From the NCBI GenBank assembly GCA_043827025.1, contig JBDRPL010000026.1:1-45594 (forward strand): a stretch of 45,594 bases of DNA, in the 5' to 3' direction. The notes under the pieces were generated by a model. It was not told where the DNA came from. It did no database searches and saw only the letters and a program-made list of their open reading frames with translations. A program made the position numbers and the translations under genes. This DNA comes from Candidatus Micrarchaeota archaeon. GTDB lineage: Archaea; Micrarchaeota; Micrarchaeia; Anstonellales; Bilamarchaeaceae. Of this stretch, positions 8,847-16,150 are shown piece by piece (the stretch's first letter is position 1; each line of letters starts with the position of its first letter).

Positions 8847-9017
8847 TGCCGAGGGTGGAACTCGAATCCACGACCTCTCAATTTCTCAGTTAAAAATGCA
8901 ATTTAAGGTCATCGCCCTGCAATGCAGGGCTCAACACTCATAATTTGTTTTTTCTTCTTTGCAGAAAGAAAAGTGACCATATGAGTCGAGCACTCTAACC
9001 AGCTGAGCTACCCCGGC
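8847..9017 (-). tRNA. Elongator tRNA-Met(CAT) with a 97-nt intron at 37/38 (8883-8979)
   Basis: GCCGGGG/CCTCGGC+A acceptor, anticodon stem CTCGA/TTGAG, loop CT-CAT-A|A, BHB helix CTCA/TGAG, T-arm GTGGA-TTCGAGT-TCCAC. Confidence 0.92.
8883..8979 (-). ncRNA. Putative intron-encoded box C/D guide RNA targeting C34 of tRNA-Met
   Basis: Guide AATTATGAGT (8945-8936), D'-like TTGA (8934-8931), C'-like GCGATGA (8915-8909), D box CTGA (8889-8886), degenerate C box ATGGTCA at the 5' junction. Confidence 0.65.
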
Positions 9018-9023
9018 TTAGTT

Positions 9024-9059
9024 GCTGGGGTTCGTGAACTTGTTCACGGCTACCCCGGC
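9024..9059 (-). repeat. Acceptor-stem-like hairpin upstream of tRNA-Met
   Basis: GCCGGGG-TAGC-CGTGAAC-AA-GTTCACG-AA-CCCCAGC; first 11 nt identical to the tRNA 5' end. Confidence 0.65.
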
Positions 9060-9125
9060 ATATATACTGGATTCCTATAAAATGAGGACAAAATATTATA
9101 AATCAATCCTTTCCTGCCTGGCAAA

Positions 9126-10523
9126 TCACTTCATAAACAGATTCGGCAGCAGATTCAGCAAAAACGCAAGAAGTGTCAAAACCATCAAACCAAAAACAAT
9201 TCTTTTGTTCTTTATATTTATGCTCAACAATCTGTACCCATCAAAGAATGGAAGAGGAAGCATATTCATTGTGCCAATGGCGAAATTCAATACGAATATC
9301 AGGCCGAGTGTCACATAGATGAACTGAAGGGCGACATTCGAATAAGCAACAAGAAAGAAAGAATTGTTAAGCGGAATGAACATTATTCCCAGTTTTCCAT
9401 TTGCATCCGTCTGCACATCCATCTCTCCCTTATTGGTGATAAAATGCACTGTTGAATTTTTTGGAAGCTCCATTCCATTTTTAGAGTATTTGGAAAGATC
9501 GCCTGTGAAGTCCATGCCATTAACACTCTTCAATATGAATGACTCGTTCATACCTGCAACCACGAGAAGCCCTGATTCCTTGAAAGGCTGGGTGAAATAG
9601 ATAAAGCCAATCAACAAAATGAATGCTAAAATACATGTGAAGAAATTAGCAGTTGAACCTGCCACTATGACGCGAGACTGGCGAACCCTGTCCAGATGCT
9701 TGAGCCCTTTTTCATCAGGCTCCACAAATGCCCCCACAGGAATTATACCAAAAAGCACCAGGCCAGTTGAAAGAACGCGTATCTTTCCTATTCTTGCAAG
9801 TATTGCATGAGCACCTTCATGTACCATTAATATGACCACAAGAGCTACGATTCCCTCGAAAAAAGGAAGATTGATTCCTGGGATAATGAATGTGGCACCT
9901 GCATTAGGCTGGACCGCAGATATACCTGAAACATAATCAACTGTCTGCTGAGAAATTATTAATGCTTGGAGAATGAGCCCAAAAAACAGCAATAGGAACG
10001 CCCCGCCCACGATAAGGGATATCAGAAAAAACATCGGAATGAGGTTAGCGATTGAAAAGGGTGGCTCTGCAGATGTTGATTCTGCTTGTGCAGTAGTTCC
10101 GCTGTCAGACACTGCACCTATAGGAAACCCTATTATATATGCAAGAAATGGAAGTATGAATGGGGCAACCAGAAACATCATCACGAACAAAAGAAAAAAA
10201 CCTGCGACTGCGGCTTTCAGTGATTTTTTCTTCATAAGGAAAAATGTAAGGAGCCCATATGACATGAAACTTCCAATATCAGCAAACATATTCCATAATT
10301 TTTCCATACCTGAAAGGCGCTCAATCAATAGAAGGCCTTTCTTGCTTTTAAGAAGCACACAACCCATCTCGGAATGAAAACCATACTTCCTTACAAGTAT
10401 ATTTGTCAATATGATCATTTCGACGAAGACAAGCACAAATTTCAAGAGGCCTGGGGCATCCGCCGAGAGTATTGCATAAAAGATTATAAAGGCTAAAAGA
10501 ACTAAAACCGGCAGAAATACCAT
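9126..10523 (-). CDS. Site-2 protease family (M50) intramembrane metalloprotease
   Basis: HEGAH, GAFVEPD, AGSTAN and NMLPLPFFDG motifs; many TM segments. Confidence 0.92.
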   Translation of the reverse strand: MVFLPVLVLLAFIIFYAILSADAPGLLKFVLVFVEMIILTNILVRKYGFHSEMGCVLLKSKKGLLLIERLSGMEKLWNMFADIGSFMSYGLLTFFLMKKKSLKAAVAGFFLLFVMMFLVAPFILPFLAYIIGFPIGAVSDSGTTAQAESTSAEPPFSIANLIPMFFLISLIVGGAFLLLFFGLILQALIISQQTVDYVSGISAVQPNAGATFIIPGINLPFFEGIVALVVILMVHEGAHAILARIGKIRVLSTGLVLFGIIPVGAFVEPDEKGLKHLDRVRQSRVIVAGSTANFFTCILAFILLIGFIYFTQPFKESGLLVVAGMNESFILKSVNGMDFTGDLSKYSKNGMELPKNSTVHFITNKGEMDVQTDANGKLGIMFIPLNNSFFLVAYSNVALQFIYVTLGLIFVLNFAIGTMNMLPLPFFDGYRLLSINIKNKRIVFGLMVLTLLAFLLNLLPNLFMK

Positions 10524-10577
10524 ACCTAACCATTAGTTCTTATGATTTTAAATATCTAATGTAGAAATAATCTGATC

Positions 10578-11039
10578 ATGGGAAACTGCGAGATTTGCGG
10601 AAGGCATGAAGCACAGGTCATAGTTTTGATAGAAGGAGCGAAGCTTCCCGCATGCAGAGGCTGCGCATCCGGAGGAAAAGTGCTTTTCAACCTCAGCGAA
10701 AGTGAGGCTGTTTCAGCTCCGCAGACATACAGAAAAGGAGCAATAGAATCAGAAGAGATAACTGCCGATTACTCAAAAAAGATAAAAAATGCAAGGGAGC
10801 AGAAAGGGATCAACTTGCACGATCTTGCCAAAAAGCTCAACGAAGCAGAGAACTTCATAGACAATATAGAAAAAGGAAAACTCAGGCCAACAATAAAGAT
10901 TGCAAAGAAGCTGGAAAAGGAACTTGGCATAAAACTTATTGAAACAACAAAGGAAGTACCGACTACAATCGAAGTGAAGAAAGAAAAGTTCAGGGAGCAG
11001 ACTCTTGCTGACCTACTGGAAAACCAGAAAAAGAAATAG
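10578..11039 (+). CDS. mbf1: Archaeal multiprotein bridging factor aMBF1
   Basis: N-terminal CEICG...CRGC zinc ribbon, HTH domain, C-terminal TLADL. Confidence 0.9.
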   Translation: MGNCEICGRHEAQVIVLIEGAKLPACRGCASGGKVLFNLSESEAVSAPQTYRKGAIESEEITADYSKKIKNAREQKGINLHDLAKKLNEAENFIDNIEKGKLRPTIKIAKKLEKELGIKLIETTKEVPTTIEVKKEKFREQTLADLLENQKKK

Positions 11040-11046
11040 TGGTCTA

Positions 11047-12084
11047 ATGGGCGTAGACCTTGGAGACATCTCAATAAAAAGACCAATAACACTTGAAATG
11101 CTGTCTGGAAAACAGGTTGCAATAGACGCATTCAATACTCTTTATCAGTTCCTTGCATCCATACGCCAGGAAGACGGAACACCATTGCAGGATTCACATG
11201 GAAATATTACTGCACACCTTTCAGGATTGTTTTACAGGACATCGAAACTGATTGAAAGTGGAATAAAGCCGATTTACGTATTCGATGGAAAAGTGCCAGA
11301 ATTCAAATTCAAAAAAAGGCTTGAAAGGGAACAGACAAAAAAGGATGCGGAAGAGAAATGGAAAAAGGCTCTTGAAGAAGAGAGATACGAGGATGCAAAG
11401 AAATTCGCCCAGGCAACCTCCAGGCTCACGCATGAAATGGTGGATGAAAGCAAAGAACTCCTTAAGGCTATGGGCATTCCTGTTGTTCAGGCCCCAAGCG
11501 AAGGGGAAGCACAGGCCTCCATGATGGTGGAAAACGGCGAGGCATACGCATCTGCATCCCAGGATTATGATTCACTCCTGTTCGGTTCGCCAAGGCTTGT
11601 GAGAAATATAAACATAACTGGCAAAAGGAAAGTCCCTAGGCAAAACAGATTCATAAACATAGAGCCTGAGGAAATAATTCTCAAAGAGACGCTTGAGGCA
11701 CTCGGAGTTTCCAGAGAGCAGCTAATAATAGTGGGAATACTGGTTGGCACTGATTTCAATGAAGGTGTAATGAGGGTCGGCCCGAAGACCGCGCTGAAGA
11801 TAGTAAAAGAAAGGAAAACTTTTGATGAGGTAAAGGGACATGTCAGGGAAAAATATAATTACGAATTCGAAAAGAATATAGATGAAGTATACGACTTTTT
11901 CATGAACCCGCCGCATGAAAAGACAGGCAAACTAAAAGCAGGCAGGCTGGATGAAAATAGAATAAAAACAATACTCTGCGAAAAGCACGAATTTTCAGAA
12001 GAAAGGATAGAACGAGTGATGGAAAAGATAAAAAATGCAGTGCTTGAATCCAACTCGCAAAGCAAGCTGGACAACTGGTTTTGA
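11047..12084 (+). CDS. fen: Flap endonuclease-1
   Basis: MGVDL start, IDAFNTLYQFL, EGEAQ, GTDFN, C-terminal PIP box QSKLDNWF. Confidence 0.97.
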   Translation: MGVDLGDISIKRPITLEMLSGKQVAIDAFNTLYQFLASIRQEDGTPLQDSHGNITAHLSGLFYRTSKLIESGIKPIYVFDGKVPEFKFKKRLEREQTKKDAEEKWKKALEEERYEDAKKFAQATSRLTHEMVDESKELLKAMGIPVVQAPSEGEAQASMMVENGEAYASASQDYDSLLFGSPRLVRNINITGKRKVPRQNRFINIEPEEIILKETLEALGVSREQLIIVGILVGTDFNEGVMRVGPKTALKIVKERKTFDEVKGHVREKYNYEFEKNIDEVYDFFMNPPHEKTGKLKAGRLDENRIKTILCEKHEFSEERIERVMEKIKNAVLESNSQSKLDNWF

Positions 12085-12389
12085 CATAAGCTAAGACGTA
12101 TAGAACAGGAAAAAACCAACCTCGTAACTCATTCGGCAGAAAAACATCGGGGACAAAAAATAGGTTTTAAATCCCATAAATGCATATCATTAAAGCCAAG
12201 AATAACAGGGCCCTGTTATAAAAAGAGCGGCGTGCTGAAACGTCTGAGGCAAACGGGAGGCGCAAAAGTATGGCAGACAAAAAACTGAAACCAAAACCAA
12301 AACCACAATGAGGGATTCTGCAGCAAATAGGTTCTGATTATTCTTTTTTTATATTTATAAAATGGAAAACAATAGGTAAGGTGAAAAAG

Positions 12390-12572
12390 ATGTTTGAAGG
12401 CAACAGCCAATGCAACCTATGCAAGAAAGAATTGGGCGACAAAGACAGAAACTTTAATATAGGAGTCAGCGGCCAAACATATGCAGTATGCAACAACTGC
12501 AACACCAACAGAAAAGAAGATGTGCTGAGGATGCTGCACCAGAAGCCAACTAGGAAATTGAACAATGATTGA
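12390..12572 (+). CDS. Small CxxC...CxxC zinc-finger protein
   Basis: CNLC and CNNC pairs; AGGTGA RBS before ATG 12390; TATA-like tttataaa upstream. Confidence 0.65.
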   Translation: MFEGNSQCNLCKKELGDKDRNFNIGVSGQTYAVCNNCNTNRKEDVLRMLHQKPTRKLNND

Positions 12573-12629
12573 ATTTTTTATTTGGAATTTATTTGAATTT
12601 TATATATGGATAATTTACAGGAAAATAAT

Positions 12630-13370
12630 TCACAGGAACTTCTTTACAATTGAAACCAGTTTGGTAGTGCCCCTTACATAAATAGGGGCGTTTTTTGCAA
12701 CGATTTTCGCATTCTTCAATGACTTCAAAAGTAGTTTCGGATTTTCACCATAATCAGAAAAATCTCCCTTGATTTCAACATAGGTCTTCCCGAATTCAAA
12801 AAGGAAATGTGAGTCGCTTCCTGCACCTTTGGGTTTTTTATGAAGCTCTGCGAAATTATCCGCCTGTTTGTTGAAGCTCGAAAAGCACCTTCCATTGAAT
12901 ACTTCAATTATGTCTGCTTTTTTCGCAAGTGCAATATCCGAACAGCCTCTCCTTGTCTTGTCGAACATGTGCGGAAGGTAGCTTAATGCGCCCTGTTCCC
13001 TTATCATGTCAATTGCTTCCCGGAAAGGAGTTTTCTTTGGGATGGCTTCGGTCAGATAAATGCCGATAAGGTCGTATCCTTCCTTCACGCAGATCTCTTC
13101 TGCAGGAAAGAAATCGAATGAATTAGATTTGAAATATCCGAACGAAGATATGGTGTTGTGGTCAGCAATTGCAGGGATTATGCCAAGCTTTCTTGATTTT
13201 GACACCAAATCTTTTGGCTTGATGGTTGAATCTATAGAATGGTTCGTATGAACGTGAAAATCAATGCGGCAGACAGAATCATCAGTCTGCCACAACTTTG
13301 GAGAACTGGGTTTCGCTGCAAACGGTATTGTATGAACCCTTTTCTCCAAATCAATCTTCAAATGCACCAC
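12630..13370 (-). CDS. PHP-domain phosphoesterase
   Basis: DFHVHT, IADHN, EVFNGR and GSDSH motifs. Confidence 0.9.
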   Translation of the reverse strand: MVHLKIDLEKRVHTIPFAAKPSSPKLWQTDDSVCRIDFHVHTNHSIDSTIKPKDLVSKSRKLGIIPAIADHNTISSFGYFKSNSFDFFPAEEICVKEGYDLIGIYLTEAIPKKTPFREAIDMIREQGALSYLPHMFDKTRRGCSDIALAKKADIIEVFNGRCFSSFNKQADNFAELHKKPKGAGSDSHFLFEFGKTYVEIKGDFSDYGENPKLLLKSLKNAKIVAKNAPIYVRGTTKLVSIVKKFL

Positions 13371-13614
13371 ACCCTGTTAGTTTTTCGCAGAGAATATATG
13401 TTAAATCTTTCGCCTGTTTTTTTGAGATGTCTTTCAGCATCAGCTTGCCGCTCGCATAGATGCTCACTGCTTTTTTGCCGATATTCAGCAGGATAACAAC
13501 GTCAGTTCTTGCTATGACATCTCCAAAATCCACCTTGTCCAGATTTATTCGCTTCTTGAATTTGGCCTCGAATGAATTGGAGCTTGCGCATGGCTCAAAA
13601 GTGTAGCACTCCAT
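13351..13614 (-). CDS. Small hypothetical protein, resembling the C-terminal domain of long ThiF/MoeB proteins
   Basis: Abuts the ThiF-family gene; N-terminal Cys and SIYASGKLMLKD motif. Confidence 0.55.
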   Translation of the reverse strand: MECYTFEPCASSNSFEAKFKKRINLDKVDFGDVIARTDVVILLNIGKKAVSIYASGKLMLKDISKKQAKDLTYILCEKLTGCGAFED

Positions 13615-14283
13615 TCACACCCTCCGGGTCCAAAAAGGAACTTTACTGAAAAGATCGAAGAAAAGGAAGACTGGGGCGCGGATAAACTGTTTGCCGATTA
13701 TCAGATTTATGATCTGCGCTGAAGCCAAAGAGCCTGCAATCGCAGGAACAGGTGAAATCACCGAAGAGCATTGTTTGAACTGCTTTTCACTCTTGCCGAA
13801 CACACTTGTGAAATCTTTTTTGATGAAAACAGAAACCATGCCACGAGAATGGCCTGCTGAACAAAAAACATACGGGATTCCCATTGACTTCGCGGATTTT
13901 GAAATTAAAATTCTTGAACGCACATTATCTGTGCAATCCACGACAGCATTGCACCCTTCGAGCAATTCATCCTCAAAAAAATCAGATTTGACAACTCTGA
14001 CTTCGTTGTTGATTTCCTTCGCCTTTTTCTCTGCAACATCTATCTTTCTCTTGTCAAGCGATCCATCATCTGAGAGTATCTGGCGGTTGAAATTCGTAAG
14101 GTCGAAAGCATCATGATCACAAATTGCAAAATTTCCAATCCCTGCCCTTACAAGCATTTCAAATGCAATGCCACCTGTACCGCCAAGCCCTATGACTGCG
14201 ATTCTGGATTTTTTCAGCTTTGATTGTTCCTGCTTTGTGACTGTGCCCAGATTCCTGAGGAACTTTTCACTATAAAATCCCAT
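13615..14283 (-). CDS. ThiF/MoeB/UbaA family E1-like adenylyltransferase
   Basis: VIGLGGTGG, D-x-D...TNFNRQ, VDCTDN; start set at ATG 14283. Confidence 0.9.
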   Translation of the reverse strand: MGFYSEKFLRNLGTVTKQEQSKLKKSRIAVIGLGGTGGIAFEMLVRAGIGNFAICDHDAFDLTNFNRQILSDDGSLDKRKIDVAEKKAKEINNEVRVVKSDFFEDELLEGCNAVVDCTDNVRSRILISKSAKSMGIPYVFCSAGHSRGMVSVFIKKDFTSVFGKSEKQFKQCSSVISPVPAIAGSLASAQIINLIIGKQFIRAPVFLFFDLFSKVPFWTRRV

Positions 14284-14284
14284 T

Positions 14285-14689
14285 TCAATTCCTTTTCCTT
14301 TTGGCAGAAATAATGCGCTTAAACACATTCAGCTTTTGTTTGAGGATTGCATCAATCGTCTTCTTCCTGTAATCCATTATACTGTAAAGAAGGAAAAATG
14401 CTGTTGAAATGCCTACCCATGCAAGAACTATAGTACCCATCTTTCCGATATCAGTTTGTGGAACATGGTCTCCATAGCCAATAGTAGTTATTGTCACTGT
14501 AACAAAATAAACAGAATCTAAATAGCTCCAGTTTTCGACATTATGGAAAAAAAATGCCCACAGGATATGAATTAAGATTATGAATGCAAGCGCAAGCAGA
14601 ACATTTCCAAATACCTGGTCAGGCCTAGATGGATGCTGTATGAACTCATGCCCTTCTGCCACGATCTTATTTTTTGATGATTTTGCCAT
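14285..14689 (-). CDS. Two-TM potassium channel pore protein
   Basis: Selectivity filter TTIGYGD flanked by two TM helices. Confidence 0.92.
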   Translation of the reverse strand: MAKSSKNKIVAEGHEFIQHPSRPDQVFGNVLLALAFIILIHILWAFFFHNVENWSYLDSVYFVTVTITTIGYGDHVPQTDIGKMGTIVLAWVGISTAFFLLYSIMDYRKKTIDAILKQKLNVFKRIISAKRKRN

Positions 14690-14762
14690 TAGTTTATTTT
14701 GAGCCTCATATTTATAAACTTTTTATACGAGAGATATCAATAGTGAAGAAAAAGGTCGTTCG

Positions 14763-16004
14763 ATGATAATAAATTGCCTAGGCGCATCTGGAGAAGTTGG
14801 AAGAAGCGCATTCCTTGTTGAAACAGATAAAAAAATACTTCTTGATTACGGGATAAAAATATTCGGAAGGGATGAAATGCCTGAATACCCGCTAACCCTT
14901 CCTGTAAGTCCTGATGCTGCGATAATATCCCATGCCCACATGGACCATTCAGGTTATCTTCCAAATTTGTATGTCAATTCACACACCAAATGGTATGCCA
15001 CAAGAGCCACCCGCGAAATCGCAGAAGTCCTGATAAAAGACTCGATGAAGATATTGGGGGAAAGATGCCCTTTTGACACTGGCCACTTCAACAAGGCCAT
15101 GGGCTCATGGGCAGAAGTCAATTACGGCAAGGATTTGTATATTGGAAAGACAAGGGCAAGTTTCTCTGATGCAGGCCACATAGCAGGAGCTGCAATTGTT
15201 GAACTTGAATATCAAAAGAAAAGGCTTGTTTATACTGGAGACTTCAAAATGGAGCCCACTAGATTGCATCGCGGAGCCAAACCTATTGAGGATGTGGATA
15301 TACTTATCATAGAAGGAACCTATGGGTTAAAAGAACATCCAAACCGAAAAGATTCTGAAAGGCAATTGATGGATGAAATAGAAGAAACCATAGATAATGA
15401 AGGAACTGCCCTGTTGCCAGCATTCGCTCTTGGAAGAACCCAGGAACTTATAAGAACAATACGCGCGCATAACAAAGACGTTCCCATCCATCTTGACGGA
15501 ATGGGAAAAGGGCTGACTGAGATTTACATGAAGAACAAAGGATATATAGAAGATCCCCGCGGATTCAGGCAGGATGTCAAAAGCGTAGATATGGTTTATG
15601 GGTTTTATGCAAAGAAAGAGGCTGTTCGCCAGCCTGGCGTAATAATCACAAGCGCAGGCATGATGCAAGGTGGCCCGGTTCTCGGATACCTGGTAACTGC
15701 AAATAAGAATTCAAGGATAATTTTCACAGGATATAATGTCGAAGGGACAAATGGCTGGAAACTCCTGAACAAAGGATTCATAACAATAAATGACAATGAC
15801 CTTGAAGTTGATTTGCCTTCTCAATATATTGACCTGTCAGCACATGCAGGCAGAACGGATCTGCTCAATTTTATAAAACACGCAAACCCGCAAAAAATAG
15901 TGGTGGTACACAGCGACCATGCAAAGGAATTCCAGACGGAGCTTGTGGAAAACTTCGGGTATGACGCAGTTGCGCCTTCTATTGGAGATAAGATAGAAGT
16001 ATAG
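14763..16004 (+). CDS. MBL-fold beta-CASP ribonuclease (aCPSF2-like)
   Basis: EVGRSA, SHAHMDH, AGHIAG, YTGD, EGTYG, LSAHA motifs. Confidence 0.92.
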   Translation: MIINCLGASGEVGRSAFLVETDKKILLDYGIKIFGRDEMPEYPLTLPVSPDAAIISHAHMDHSGYLPNLYVNSHTKWYATRATREIAEVLIKDSMKILGERCPFDTGHFNKAMGSWAEVNYGKDLYIGKTRASFSDAGHIAGAAIVELEYQKKRLVYTGDFKMEPTRLHRGAKPIEDVDILIIEGTYGLKEHPNRKDSERQLMDEIEETIDNEGTALLPAFALGRTQELIRTIRAHNKDVPIHLDGMGKGLTEIYMKNKGYIEDPRGFRQDVKSVDMVYGFYAKKEAVRQPGVIITSAGMMQGGPVLGYLVTANKNSRIIFTGYNVEGTNGWKLLNKGFITINDNDLEVDLPSQYIDLSAHAGRTDLLNFIKHANPQKIVVVHSDHAKEFQTELVENFGYDAVAPSIGDKIEV

Positions 16005-16073
16005 CCATTCAAAACAAGTAACCTACCTCTCTTTGCATTAAAATGCTCTTCGAAAGCCTTTTTAACGGCATAA

Positions 16074-16093
16074 GAAGGTATTTATATACCTTC
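16074..16093. promoter_or_regulatory. Palindrome gaaggtat-ttat-ataccttc centred on a TATA box upstream of the 16151 operon
   Basis: 8-bp perfect inverted repeat enclosing tttata. Confidence 0.45.
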
Positions 16094-16150
16094 GGAGACA
16101 TATATTTATAATAAGTTGGGTGTTACTTTATATGGAGATTGAGGTAAGGA

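Noticed and set aside
8847..9017. tRNA-Ile2(CAT) or initiator tRNA-Met
   Set aside because: G1:C72 GCCGGGG acceptor and the lack of three G-C pairs in the anticodon stem fit elongator Met
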